Assembly: GCF_001194135.2 (NCBI RefSeq) | Contig: NC_068993.1 | Coordinates: 6,592,237 to 6,656,236, forward strand | Source: Octopus bimaculoides | Taxonomy: Eukaryota | Length of the DNA stretch: 64,000 nt | Direction of reading: 5' to 3' | Shown here: positions 12,431-26,007 of the stretch, one piece after another | How positions within the stretch are numbered: position 1 is the stretch's first letter | Layout: every line of letters begins with the position of its first letter | The notes under the pieces: model-generated | The model's database searches: none | Seen by the model: the letters and a program-made list of their open reading frames with translations, nothing else | Told to the model about the DNA's origin: nothing | Translations under genes and position numbers: made by a program

Positions 12431-15400
12431 AATCCAACCCTATGGGAGCATGAAAAAAATGGGTGTAAAAACCATGACGATGGAATGATGGTCATGGCCA
12501 GAAAGGCCTTTGATCATGGATGGGTCTGTTTGATCGAGGCAAATCAGGGCTGACTAACCTATAACACTACACCCACACTACTAAACGAACATTTGTATCC
12601 CTCATCATAAAGGGTCACCTTGTTCAGATTCACACTGAAAACCCCCAGAAGCCAAGGTGGAGAGACGGTGATCAAGCAAGACAACAGAATAAGTTGAAAC
12701 CAGCCCAGAATTATGAAAAAGGCAAAGTGGACCCGAGCAGGATTTGAACTCAAAACGTAAAAAGACCAAAATTAAACACTCCTAAGCATTTCGTCCAACG
12801 CTCCACAGAATTTGTCACACCCCACCACCACTCGTTTTGACCTGAATTACAAACCTCACAGCAACTATTATTGTTCTTTTGTTTGTGTCAAAGAAAAGTC
12901 TATATGGCATTAATGAGTCTTCTTTGAGAAGTCTCATTAATGTCAAAGACATTAACTGCTAAATAAAAGACAAGTTCACATTCTTGAAGACGAAGGACAT
13001 TCCACTGAAAAGATGGTCACGAACCAAACAGCTGCTTGACAGACTCCCCCACCCCACCACCACCAACTAAAAGTACCTCGTAAATTGTAACATGCATGTA
13101 CACACACACAAACGCACACATATGTACATATATAAACACAAACATATCTACAGGTGTACACGGATATATTAGGTTAAAATTAAGATGGGGAGAGAGAGAG
13201 AGAGAGAGAGAGCACAGAAGATGAGAGAAAGAGAGGGAGAAAAGGATATAGGAAAATAAATAGATAAAAATAAAAAGAGAATAAAGCAGGTACATGCATG
13301 CGTACATCTGTGTGTGTGTAAATATTCATTGATTCCAAGCACTGAAGCAATAAGGTCACCAGGTTGACCTTTGTCGGTCAGAGTTATCCATCCATGGGTA
13401 ATCAATTAATTCGACTTTGAGATTGTAAAGTAAATGAAATAGTTGGGACTAAGGAGTGAACCAACACAAGGTAAGTCCATAGATCAGTAAACACCTCTTT
13501 ATTGTTGTGTAATATTTGTATTAAACTATGAAGAGAGAGAGAGAGAGAGAGATTCTTGCAAATTGTCCTGTTAAGTAGGCAAAACATTTCAAAGAATGTG
13601 GTTAAGTGTCCTCACAAAGAGAACCGGTAAGAACATTTTAGGGAAAAGAAGAAGGAAAAAGACCATGAATGGATGGAAATAGAACATCTGGGATGAAGCA
13701 TGAACTCTCATTATGGCAGCAGAAAGCTGTTGAAATATTTGGTGTCAATAACCAGCCATTAGAATGGTAAATGAGAGCTGGCAATAATGAAAAACAAAAA
13801 AGGGAAGAAAGGAAAAAGAAAACGATATGATGGAGCCAAGGTTGTTACAGATAGAGGACAACAGAACAGGATATTCTAGGGTCATGGTTAGTCCACAGTC
13901 TGTAGGGAGCACAGGGCTGGTTTCCTGGGTTCTCTGGTGTGTATATTCCTTCCTAAGTTATTTTACTAAATTCTTTGCTATATTTAAAGTAATTGAAAGA
14001 AACACAGAGCATCTCAAAATAAATACAGTAACGAAAGGGTTAAGGAGATATCAGAGGCCCTATAGAAAATTGAAGGGATATTACGATGCTTTGTAGCATA
14101 TTAAGGGTATTACAGGATCTGTATCAGGTTATGGTAGTATGAGGGAGCCATGTAGCATATTATGGGAATATCAATATGGTGTTCAGAGTAGTAAAGCAAC
14201 ATTAGGGGCTCTGTAAGAATATTAAGGGTATGATGTAGCTGTGTGTTTAAGTAGTTTGCTTCTCAACATGGTTTTGGGTTCAGTAGCTCTGTGTGACCCC
14301 ATAGGTGCTTTCTACTATAGCCTTGAGGCAACCAAAGTATTGGGAGTGGGTTTGGTAGATGGAAACTGAAAGAAGCTTGTCATGTATGTGTGAATGTTCG
14401 AGAGTAAGTTGATTATATCGACCCCAGGGATCAACTGGTAAATAATTTACCAACCCTGAAAGGATGAATATGTAGCATATTAATCAGGGCCCAGTAATAT
14501 AACTGGTATTGGCAATCACTCAGTAATCAACAGACACATAGTCTGATACTTGTCTGTGAGAATGTTCCTATTATTACCTCAAATTAGTGCTACTAATGTG
14601 TAATATAATTAACATTAATTATAACACTATATTAATTACAGTTAATTATTCATTTCTTTTTAACACTATATTTCATTATCATTGCTGCTGTTTGAACACT
14701 AAGTCAGTCTCTATCAAGCAGACCTTACAGTCAGATATTCCAGCTGCAACCATCTCACCCAATCTTTCTTTTACTTTTGGGTTCAGTCCCACTGCATGGC
14801 ACCTTGGGTAAGTGTCTTCTACTGTAGCCTCGGGCTGACCAAAGCCTTGTGAGTGGATTTGGTAGACGGAAACTGAAAGAAGCCTGTCATATATATATAT
14901 ATAACACCTCTCCTAGCAGCTGGAAACCCAGTCTTCCCGAAAACACCTTAAAGCTGACCACCACATCATCACCATTTAACATCTGTTTTCTCCATGCTGG
15001 CATAAGCTGGACAGTCCTTTTAGGAACTGGCAAACCAGAAGACTGCCAAACTCTGTCTGTCTGTTTTGGTATGGTTTTCACAACTGAGTGCCCTTCATAA
15101 CTGCAACCACTTTATAGTGTACTGGGTGCTTTTCGTTGCCCCAGTACTAGCTGGGTCACCAATGGAAGAACAGTCTTGAGGAAGATGACCTTGTGTCATG
15201 TGATGAGGGGTTAACATATGATAAAGAGCAAGAGAAAAGGTTTGTTGCCATAGAGGAGATACATAGTTATTCCACTGGAAAAAAGGGAGAGAGAGAAAAG
15301 ATTGTTTCCCCCTTAAGCTTGCTCACAAAGCACAGAACCTGTGCAAATCGGTCACTACCACCAGGGGCCATCTGACAGTAAACCACAGCCTAGACTAACA

Positions 15401-16160
15401 TGAAAGTGCATGGCTAAGTGGTTAGAGGTATTCGGCTCAGGATCGTAAAGTCGTGAGCCGAAAACCGGGTTCTCGTTGTTCCAGTCCATCAGCTGGCAAA
15501 AATGAGTTGGACCTAAAGGCCAGCCTTGTCATACCTCATGTCACGTTGAATCTCCCTGAAGACTACGTTAAGGGTACACGTGTCTGTGGAACGCTCAGCC
15601 ACTTCCGGTTTTACATAGACTTACATTATCTCCCTAGACAAATGCTCCCTACTCAATTACATCCATGGTTCAAGACCGCACTGCATCCACCTGGCTAAGA
15701 AACACTATCTCCCCTCATATATATATATAATCAATTCAAATAAACGATGGGCACTGGATCACTGATTCGAGTATTCCAATGCCCCATGCCGTTGCTAGAT
15801 ACTCGTTAATACTGTGCAGGGATTCTTACGCCCTCTTGGTAGGTTCTGTTTTTGCCCCTCAGGGTTTTAGCAATCGTTCTCATCAGGCCAGCCTTGTGAA
15901 GATGCCGGGTTAGCCAGTGATGACACCGACCGTGTATGAAATTGACATGGATGGCAGTCTATTTGTAGCACTTGACACTTACACACATGTATACGTATAC
16001 ATATATATGCATACACACTCCATGGCATAAACATACTCATATTGATACCACACACATATAAACAAACACTTCATACACACAATAACATCTTAGACACAAA
16101 CACATGCGCGATATTCGTGTAGGGTTAAGCCCCCCAAATTTCTAAGATATACACAAATGA

Positions 16161-16192
<32 letters not shown>

Positions 16193-16937
16193 GCTACATT
16201 CGACTTCCTTCAGCATTTTCTGTGTTTACAGTACCATGCCCGAGGTTCCGTCCGAGAAGTACTTGTTAACAACCAAACCATGTGTGTAAACCCAAAAGTT
16301 AATCCAAACCACTTCGCTTTAAAAAAATGCTTTTCTATACAATGTTTTGGTCAGTGAACATTAATATTAAGGAAAAAATATAAGGTTCTGTCATATTCAG
16401 AATTGTTAACTGTCGTATTTTCGTCATCATACGGATATTAGAAGCCAAACTATAATTATAAAGTTAAGCTGAGTTAAGTTTCAGCTATGATACTTAAAGA
16501 CAGCATGTGCGTGAAATAAACATGTTGTTGAATAAGATGTTGATATTTACAATTAATTTCTTTAAAATGATTATTAATTAAAATTATATAGCCTATATCG
16601 TACATAAAACACTATTTCTGATTTAGAAAAAAAGTTTTCTTACCAAAACTTGTTACCGATAAATATTTATAAACTGTATATTTTAATTTATAAATGTGTA
16701 CGCTAATAAAAGATTAGAGTTGATTACAAACTTCGAGAAAAATAAATTAAAGAAAAATAAAGAGATGTTAGCAAATAGATGGAATATTAGACATAATTGG
16801 ATAAATTATTTTAAAATATTAAATCAGATTCCAATTAAAGAATATAAAACTAACAACAATAATAATAATGATGATGATCTATAATTAATTATAATAAATT
16901 TAATAATATAATAATAATAAATTTTAAATAAACTTAC

Positions 16938-16955
16938 CTGAAATGAAAACTTCAT
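16938..16955 (-). CDS. Candidate first coding exon of a divergent gene (MKFSFQ, phase 0); PWP2/UTP1-like N-terminus is a hypothesis
   Basis: Minus strand reads ctcacgATG AAG TTT TCA TTT CAG|GTAAGT: A at -3 and a perfect donor, on the far side of the ATP6V0C promoter. Only 6 codons; no matching exon 2 found in 1-16937. Confidence 0.35.
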
Positions 16956-17346
16956 CGTGAGATGAGGAAGCAAGGCAAATGTTTACAGATAACTATATGT
17001 ATATACACACATGTATATATATATATGTAAATAAATAGATATTGCTTTTAATATTAAATATTATTACAATATATAAGTGACAGGGATTTTTTTTTCACCT
17101 TAAATAAATAGCTTTAGGTTCGAAACCTCAACATTTTGCCATGTGGCGACATGAGTCAAGAATTATTATTCATTTATTTTTTTATATATTTACTTCTTTA
17201 ATTGATATTTTTTTATTCGGTTCTTATTTTCTTTTTCCTTTTTTTGAAACTTACAAAGAGGAAAAGAGAAAGAAAGAAACAAAAATGAAAGAAGGAAAGA
17301 AAGACAGAAAGAAAGAAAGAAACGGGGGGGGGGGAAGCAATGTAAA

Positions 17347-17546
17347 GCGGAAACGGAAGTGCATGTACATTTCAGAACAAGACTGATTCCGATTGGTTAA
17401 CATCGACCAGATTGGTTAACGTGATTCTGATTGGTTACAACCGACCAATGAAAATGCTTTATTTGTTGTAATTCATGTCCAACCAACACAATCATATGAC
17501 TACTGCGCCATTTCTGCGTGTGTCTTTGATATTTCCCAATTCAGTT
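17347..17546 (+). promoter_or_regulatory. Core/proximal promoter of ATP6V0C, probably bidirectional
   Basis: GCGGAAACGGAAGTG ETS/GABP-like sites (17347-17361); ATTGG at 17392, 17411 and 17430; CCAAT at 17445 and 17536; CGCCATTT YY1-like at 17506-17513; TCAGTT initiator-like at 17541-17546. No upstream ATG between there and 17765. Confidence 0.7.
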
Positions 17547-17764
17547 GTTGGTCTCTGAAGAGAACCTGCCCTGCCCTGCCCTCTCGCTACCTTCACCACA
17601 GTCAGAGCAACCCCTGTTCATTCATCCTTACCTTACTATATTTATATATAATTACTATATATATATATAGTTAGCTCTCTGTCTCTATCGATATATAATC
17701 AATATATACACATATATATATATATATACCCGTTCATCGTTGAAACCTTAATTACTCACACATC

Positions 17765-17840
17765 ATGTCTACCGACGATGCTCCAATTTATGCGCCGTTT
17801 TTTGGTGTAATGGGTGCCACATCAGCAATGGTATTTAGTG
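17765..17840 (+). CDS. ATP6V0C: V-type proton ATPase 16 kDa proteolipid subunit c, coding exon 1 (MSTDDAPIYAPFFGVMGATSAMVFS + 1 nt)
   Basis: ATG at 17765 in context catcATG; translation matches the subunit c N-terminus (YAxFFxVMGAxxAMVFS); 76 nt followed by donor G|GTAAGT at 17841 (phase 1). Confidence 0.97.
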
Positions 17841-19322
17841 GTAAGTTTTAAACACGCATATATTCTATATAATTATATCCTATAATAATATATACATACA
17901 TTATAATTTTCTTCTTTGCTTCAAATGTTCTGTCCTGAATATTTTTTTAAAATATTACCATGAACAGTATTATTAATGTTGTTTTAACCCCTAAAATTAT
18001 AATAATTTAAATGTGATTTGAGTTCCCTATCATTTATTACGTCCCTTTACGTTTTGAGTTCGAATCCTACTGTGGTCAACTTTGCCTTTCATCCCTCCGG
18101 GGTCGATAAAATAAAGTACCAGTCTAGTACTGGGGTCGATAGTATCGACTGACACTCCTACCATCAAATTTACAAGGCTTGTTGCCGAAATCATACTGTT
18201 TTTAACTATTAATATTTAATAATATTCTGTTTTATGTTCAACTTCAATTGTCATTTGCATTTTGAGATCGAATCCAGCTTAGGTCGACTCTGTTGGTTCG
18301 CCCTTCGTCATGGGATGGCTGTGTGGGATTGTCATGGGAGTGAGTTCCACTTGTCAAGTAATGTGAACTAGCGTAGAAACAGCAGCGAAATCATAGCGTG
18401 CCAACAAAATGACTACCTTGAATTAAGTAACCTAGAACTAAATTTGTATTCTAGGAAAAAAAAAAAAAAAAAAAAAAATTAGGCATTGTTGTCACGACTG
18501 GAACGGCCTTTGGGGCCATAAGTTTGATTTTGTCTACTCAATCAGGACTGACCTGAGGTTGATCAAACGTTATTCACTTCAGTCGACATTGCCCTGTCCA
18601 CACACACACATCCTGTTTGGGGTCAATGGAATTAGTAACAATCTAGTATTGGTGGTCAATACATATCTATAACTATAGTCTTTCTCTATTATCCACCACC
18701 ACCGCTAGTCACCGAGATGTGACCTTGTGCCTATGTTATGAAAATCATTGTTGTTGCTACTATTACTGTAGCCGCCACCGCCTACATCAATCTGTGTCAG
18801 TCAGTTTCCATTCTAGAAACTAAACTCATCAACATAAATGATTGGCCGTTCCTTGTTTATCGGAACCGACAATTATTATTACTACTACCAATGCTTGTTG
18901 CTGTCACTATTATTACTGGTCGTCCAGCCTTTGCTGGAAACGGTAATCAAATATCCCTCATATCGCATTCCAACTCTCTTAGAACGTAAGAAAAATACAA
19001 AAAAAAAAAAAAAGAAAGAAAGCCTAGTTTTAGATGTATCAAAGACGATATGGTTAGTCACGGTTGGAAATACCTGTTAATGATAATNNNNNNNNNNNNN
19101 NNNNNNNNNNNNNNNNNNNNNNNNNNNNNNNNNNNNNNNNNNNNNNNNNNNNNNNNNNNNNNNNNNNNNNNNNNNNNNNNNNNNNNNNNNNNNNNNNNNN
19201 NNNNNNNNNNNNNNNNNNNNNNNNNNNNNTTTTAATTATATCTAACGTTCAGAAAATTAATAGGTGTTCCAATTATCACATATCTCTTGATAATCTGTTT
19301 TCTTTCATTCCACTTTGTGCAT

Positions 19323-19353
<31 letters not shown>

Positions 19354-20126
19354 TCGCTTTTACGGTCCTAAATTCAAATTGGTCTTTTGACTGCGTTTTT
19401 ACTCTTAGGGTACCTTACACACACATGTGTATATATATATGATCTGAAGTATGTCTGTATGAGTAGAAAGAATTTTCTCTCGTCCATGTGTGTATGAATA
19501 TATGAGTAAAAAATAGTCGAAAGGTCAATTTAAATTTTAAGACCATAAAAGCGAGGATAGCTGTATATATATTTATATATATGTGTGTGTGTGTGTACAT
19601 ATGCGTAGGCGCGAGGCCCAATTATTTTTGTTTCTTGAGGGAGGGGCAGTAGTTACTGTCATACCAATTCCCAGTGTCTTACTGGTATTCATTTCATCGG
19701 AATACCTGCAAGATTTTAAATCCAAAATTACTAGTACAAGGCACCGAATCCATTTTATTGTTCAATCCAAGCCGCTTCAACCCTTCCTCCTTTTGAGACA
19801 TATTCTTATACAACCACTCGCACACACAGATCTTTCGACCTACAAAGTTGTGACATGTGTAGGGTTAATTTTTATCTTTGGTTTTTGTGCCCCAATGTGA
19901 CCTTATTTTTTTGTTCATCTACCCGAGGAGGGGCAGTGGGCCTTGTCAAAAACCGTTACCCTTTCCTGATTTCGGTCACACCTCAGTGCTTAACCAGTTG
20001 TCTTAACCAGTAATCTTTTCGGTTTAACGTTGTCCTATTTTAAGTTTCAACTGTAATTAAGGTATTATTTAATTTCGGTTCTGTTTGACATACTTTGTGT
20101 GTGTATAATCTGAAAGGCAAGTTGAG

Positions 20127-20166
<40 letters not shown>

Positions 20167-21365
20167 CACACACTAACAACCACGTTTTAAACATATACAC
20201 TCTTATGTTTTCCATACTGGTTAGTCCAATACCTTTCGGAAAAGTGTTTACAGGAGTGATGGGAACACTTCAACTAAACTAATAAAATTGAGAAACACCC
20301 CCTTACGTATACTCTGGTGTAAATAATATATTCGTTTTATATGAAGATAGAGAGCTTATACACTCAAGCGTATTGTATGGCGATATTATGTAATAAGGTA
20401 TGTGTAGTGGTAGCGAGGCGCTTCATTTCCAAAGTGTCTACACATGTACAAGACGAGGTATATTTTTAGCTTGTAATATCTGCATATATTATGCAGTTGG
20501 GTTTTAATAAGTGAAATATGGTTATTTTATATTCTACACACACGTGCGTATGTATAGCAGGACTGTTAAGTAATTATTTTTCGTGTTGGAGTGATGAGAT
20601 ACGCCGTTTAATTGGCGAGTCTTATTTTTCGTTTTAATTTAAATTCTGATAATGTGTAATTATGGTAGACTAAGTGTCGAGTCACGCCATAAGTTGAAGA
20701 GAGCAGAGTTATTGTATTGAAATATATATGTTGACGGGCTGGAAAGCATTTTAAATATATATATATATATATGGGGTAGTAGGTTTTTTGGGTTTTTTTT
20801 CAAGAAATGAGACACAGAGGGAACGGGTTGAAGACAAAGAAACGGTTCCCCTGTCTTGTGAGTTTGAAGAATCTCATATTATTCAACTATCTTTTACATA
20901 TCTCTCTCTCTCTCAAAGCCTAAACCACACGCCCACTCATTGGCAGTCCTCTCTGTGTCGATCGTATATTTAATTAGAACATCTTTTTCTTCGCGTTTCA
21001 CACACCTGTTATAATTTTCAGTATCGTTATCCTTAAGTAATTTTTTTTTTTTTGGTTTTAAATTATAGTTGTCCTGAAAGTTTGTATGTGTGTAAATATA
21101 TATATTTCTTGATTAAAACAAGGCAGGGATATTTAACCTTACACGGATCCCTTAATTTTTATTATCTCTCTAATTGGAAGTACGTCATGATTTTATAAAT
21201 GCTCGTCTCTGTTTAATTTCCATTCCACACTTTATCTCCTCATTACTCTCTCGGACAGAATCGGTTTCGTACCATTTTTTTTTGTTCACTACACACACCA
21301 CCCCCATCATTGTTTTAATCCATTGTTTTGCACTCGGCCCTGTATGTGTGTGTGTGAGTGTGTGC

Positions 21366-21402
<37 letters not shown>

Positions 21403-21722
21403 TCATTCGCGGTTTTCTCTCCAGTATAACTCCTTTAAAGGTGTTATATTTCAGATAGTGCCCCTGCCTGATTTCTGGCTTGCCTAGTATCTATATGTTT
21501 CTAGTTCTCATAGACAAGAAACGTCTCAGAATCTCGCATATTAATAATACTTCAGTAACGGAATAGAATATTTTATAAGCTCGTAGATTCCTTAATAGAC
21601 GTTAAAAAATAAATATTGGGATCTTAGATTTCTTCTCTATATGAATGTATGTTGAGGTCGGCGATAATCTCTTAGTATCCAGTGAGGTGTTGGGGTATAT
21701 ATGGGATTCGGCATACTAATAA

Positions 21723-21731
21723 GTCACGTGA
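21723..21731. promoter_or_regulatory. CLEAR-type E-box GTCACGTGA in ATP6V0C intron 1
   Basis: Sequence aaGTCACGTGAag matches the TFEB/MITF CLEAR core; function is inferred. Confidence 0.35.
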
Positions 21732-21957
21732 AGACACACTCTTTCTCTCTCTCTCTCTCTTTCGTCGATTCTCTTTGGAACGACGAATGTTTTCTGTTCC
21801 ATAGCTTTCTTCCTGTCCATTGACTCCCTTTCGTTCGCCCTTCGTTTAAAAATATTTTAGTTGGACTACTGTAAATACTATAAACTGAAGTGAGATATAT
21901 GAGGGTAGGTGGGTGATTTTTAATCTGGTGGCTGCTTCGCCCAGTAGCTAGCTACAA

Positions 21958-21995
<38 letters not shown>

Positions 21996-23869
21996 TCATT
22001 GTGCTCAGCTGTGTGCTACTGTGACAATCACTGAGGAGGGTTGCTGTTACGTGTTGATGTATTGAGATTGGTTTCTTTCTCGCACCAGGCATCTTAAGAT
22101 TCTTAATATTTTAGCCGACACCGCCGGAACGGAGACCTGTCACGTCCATTCACTTCCGAAGGATATTTTACAGTCGGGTAAAGCAATGGGATGTTCTGAA
22201 AACGAGTCGACCAGAATATTCTTGCCCGACTACGGACTTACTATATATTTTTCTACAATAGTATCTAAGGGATATATTTGTTAATCGATGTCTGAAAGGT
22301 GCCGGATAAGCATTGTTAGGACATCGTACGGACCTTGCGGGATTTAGATGCGGCGCTTTCCGTTTAGAGTTCAATTCCCACCGAGGCTAAAACGTCTCTC
22401 TTCTTTTTTCGAAGTCGATGAAATGAAATACCAGTCGAGAACTGAGGATCGATGGTAATCGACTGACACCCACTACCACCACACGGGAAAAGAAAGAAAC
22501 CGATTCGGGCATTTGTGTCTGGCTAGAAAGAATTATTTGTAGATATAAATGAAATTGAAAGCAAAGGTGAAGGCCAGTCGACATGCTCTCAACTCGGAAG
22601 AGGAACACTGGATTTCTGGCATACGTAAAATGTCGATCTATCTTCACTCCCCTCTCTCTCTATATATATATATTTATTTCAATGGTGGCACACCTAAATT
22701 CATATCTTCGTTTATGGCAGCCTTTTTATTTACTTTAAATAAAATCTATTTATTTTGTACATTGTAACTATTAACAATCTAATCCTAAGTGTTGTTTGAG
22801 AAGAAGGTTTGCCGAGAGAGGAAATATCTAAGTTTCGGACGGTCTACTTTCGTTGGCCTACCACTACTAATCTTAATCTCATTTCGAAATGATAGTTTAA
22901 CCCCTCTTCTAGCAGATTTATCAAAGGCGTTCCAGCCACGACAATGCCACTTTTTTTTTTTTCTCTCTCTCCGAGATCTAATGTCTAAAACTACATTATT
23001 CAGTGTGTCTGTCTTATTAGATGGATGTATTGTCGATTTCACAAGCTCTTTCTAGCAGGTCGAGGTTCAGTGGTTTGTATTTATCGCTGAAATTTTGGGC
23101 ACATCTCGGTTAATGAGGGCAGGTGCACTACTATGAAGTATCTTGGTCTTTCGTGTTCGATTTTTTCGGCAGCCGTCCTTCTTGAAACACAAGGTCAATT
23201 CGTAGAGATAAACGTGGTCAAAGTACTAACATTTCGGGGGTGAAATAGCAACGGTTGAACGGTGAAGTACCAAACTAAAGTACACACACAATGACAACAT
23301 AGATTGTTATCGTTGTATCTAGGGCGATGGAGTGGAGGGTATTGTCCTCTGTATACAAGTCTTGTGAGAGGTTTTACGTAATCAGGGAGATAGAGGAAGC
23401 ACTTCATAAATCTCTACCCTCAACAACCTTAATTTACTTGTCTAGGTTTTTAATAGGTCTTGTGCTTTTAGTAAGGGGAACCTTTGGAAAGTAGTACTTT
23501 TCCAATGGGGGGATGGAATGTCATGGGACATTCGTCACCACACCTTTTCGTTTCGGATAAAATTTTAGTGCAAACATCCGTTTCTTTTGCCAATCCTTGA
23601 TTTATTTTATCTACAACTGAACCTCATTATTCATATGACCAATGAGATCATATGATGTTATTGTACTAGTCATGAGATTTTGGGGGTAGCTATCAAATAC
23701 TCTGGCAGATGAGATTGTTTTTTTGTTGTTTATATCCTTATAACAGATGTGACGTAATCTATTTCTGACTTATTTAATTTTCGGGTGTTTATGGTTATTT
23801 TAAAGATGGATTTTTTTTATTGGGGTGTAATTTTAAAAATGTTTAAATCCGTAAGATTTGACTATAGAT

Positions 23870-24020
23870 CAGTCATGAGCAAACTGTGGTCCACTGAACA
23901 TTCTGAATGTCAACCAAAAAGATACCTTGGATTTTTTTTTTTTAGTAGTCGTGCGGCTCGCCTGATGATGAAACCATGTCACATGCGGCCCGCTTCTCGA
24001 AAATGTGCTACCCATGCATG
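23870..24020. mobile_element. Degenerate hAT-type MITE in ATP6V0C intron 1
   Basis: CAGTCATGAGCAAACTGTGGTCC ... GCGGCCCGC ... CTACCCATGCATG; flanking 8-mers CTATAGAT and CTATGGTG share 5 of 8 positions. Confidence 0.4.
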
Positions 24021-25799
24021 CTATGGTGGTCAATTTGTTAAAAAATGTACCTGTTGACCGATTCCATGTCAGCCCCCTGATTTCATCTGTGGCAGCTTTT
24101 TCAGTCGTATCTATGACTACATTATCCAATATATATACCTTTGAAATATGTCACTTCAGGTAGATTTAGCTGTTATTTCTAGCAGGCCAAGCTGATCTCT
24201 CGTACAACTCCCTCTTTTTATGGCTGCTGTTCCATGTACATTAACGTCTCCTTATTAAAAAAGCCTAATATTTTATTTTTACATATATTCAAGTATGGCT
24301 GTGCAGTTTAGTGTGGTTTCGCCTGGCATCTGGTTGTTTGTGTTTTCTTTTTTCCAGTGTGATTCTAAATTTAGCTCCCGGTTGCTTCACATTGGACCGA
24401 GTAATGGTTGTTAACTGGATAGAGAGAGAGGGTTAGATATGTCGCAACTCCCGTTTCTTCTCCTTTCCCTGATCTCATCATTTCTCATTAACTAATCGAT
24501 ATTTAGAGGTTCTGTTTATGATCGACCTAAATTTCAGGAGGCCAGTTTCCTCTCTTCTTCACTGATAGATTTATTTTAAATACTTTCTTCCTTCATCGTT
24601 TTTTCTTTCCAGAATAAGTAACACAATTCTTTTTCGATGTTTCTTTGGTTCTAGAAGACGTGCCTGTAACTCTTTGGGGTTACTAACGCATCTAAAACTC
24701 CCTTCGGGTTTCGATGGAGGTTTTCCGAAGCGTTCAGATTGAATTAATATCAATGTCTGATTTTGAAAGAATCTTTTGGCTGTAGCATATTCTAGACATC
24801 TTAGACATGTACCACATTTCTTAATCTATAAAACTGAATTAGTAAAAATCCTTTCTTTTTAATATTCATATATAATGTGTGTATGGTTTGTGTAAAATGA
24901 AGGTTAGCAGGCTGAAACTTCGAACTCACTGTCACCCATCTTGTAAAAGTTTTTGATAAGCTATGTAGTCTTAAAATAAAGGTGTTGATATTTCTTCAGT
25001 TTAATGTTAAATTGTTTTTATTACAATTTGACTTACATACGCGGTGGCATCATTAGAAAGCTAAGCGTGTGTAAAGCGCATTGTGACCAGCGATGTATAA
25101 CAACTTCCGATTGTCTAGTCGGTCACGATCACATGTGTAGGGGGTGGGTGGAGATGTTACAATTTAAACTGATATGTTAACATATGTTATTGGTCATTTC
25201 ACATAAAGATTTCTTGTGATCGACTAGGATTTTATTCTTTTAATGGTGTCTCATAGACTTTTCTCGGGGTTTGACCTGTTTTTCTAACCCGTCGCGTCTG
25301 TGAAAAATTCTGAAGTTCATGAAGATATGGTCGTTTAATAAAATTTAATTCTTTCAATAAAAAAGAAAATATTGTCTTCATTTTTCAAAAGACTGTATTT
25401 GTTTTTGTTTGTCTTGATATTGCGATAGTGAGTGGGTGGGGTCAGGGGATCAGCAGATTGAGGAAATCGTATAAAGGGTTCCTAGATGTAACAACTACTG
25501 TTCTTATCAGTCTTTAGAGCAGCGATTCTTCACAAAGAATACATTTATCCCCTAGCATAAATGTTGAAATGGCAGAGTGTATAAATATATCAAACTTAAA
25601 AGAAAAGAAAAATTCAGTTTTTTGGCCGAGGAAAGTTCTGCATATATTACGTAACAGTAGAGGTGGGGTGTCTAATTAATCCCTATTTTTGCTTGGAAGT
25701 TAGGGTATTAATGGTGAAATACATTATGCAGACGTGTCACAGACAGGAATGATTCTTAGAACCTGTCGTTCCGTTGAGGGTCCTCTCACAATCTCTTGT

Positions 25800-26007
25800 C
25801 AGCGGTCCCCAACCTTTTGTATATCAAGGACAGGGCGAATCACGCGTATAACAAAACACAGTGAATAAATGATATAAATTTAGTTATTACATATATGATG
25901 AATACATATTGCGTATATAATACATCATTGCTTTAGTCAATAAATAACACGGAAATAAAAATTTTAAATGTATTCTTTCTGTGCGGTCCTGCGGTTTTGG
26001 ACCCCCG
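25800..26007. mobile_element. Degenerate hAT-type MITE in ATP6V0C intron 1
   Basis: CAGCGGTCCCCAACC ... GGTTTTGGACCCCCG inverted termini; no TSD recognised. Confidence 0.45.

Noticed and set aside
15830-15948. Minus-strand open frame TAIHVNFIHGRCHHWLTRHLHKAGLMRTIAKTLRGKNRTYQEG ending at GTAAGA
   Set aside because: Weak acceptor, no recognisable homology, and it overlaps a probable repeat. It cannot be excluded as an exon of the divergent transcript, but it is unsupported.
1-16937. Search for a PWP2-like exon 2 (FSNLLGTVY...SPVGNR)
   Set aside because: Not found by eye. An FSNRTVK frame near 7610-7635 lacks the rest of the motif, so no gene symbol was assigned to the MKFSFQ exon.
23955-23995. 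CTGATGA-T-GAAAC-CAT-GTC hammerhead look-alike
   Set aside because: There is no stem II and stem I does not pair; it lies inside a hAT-type MITE.
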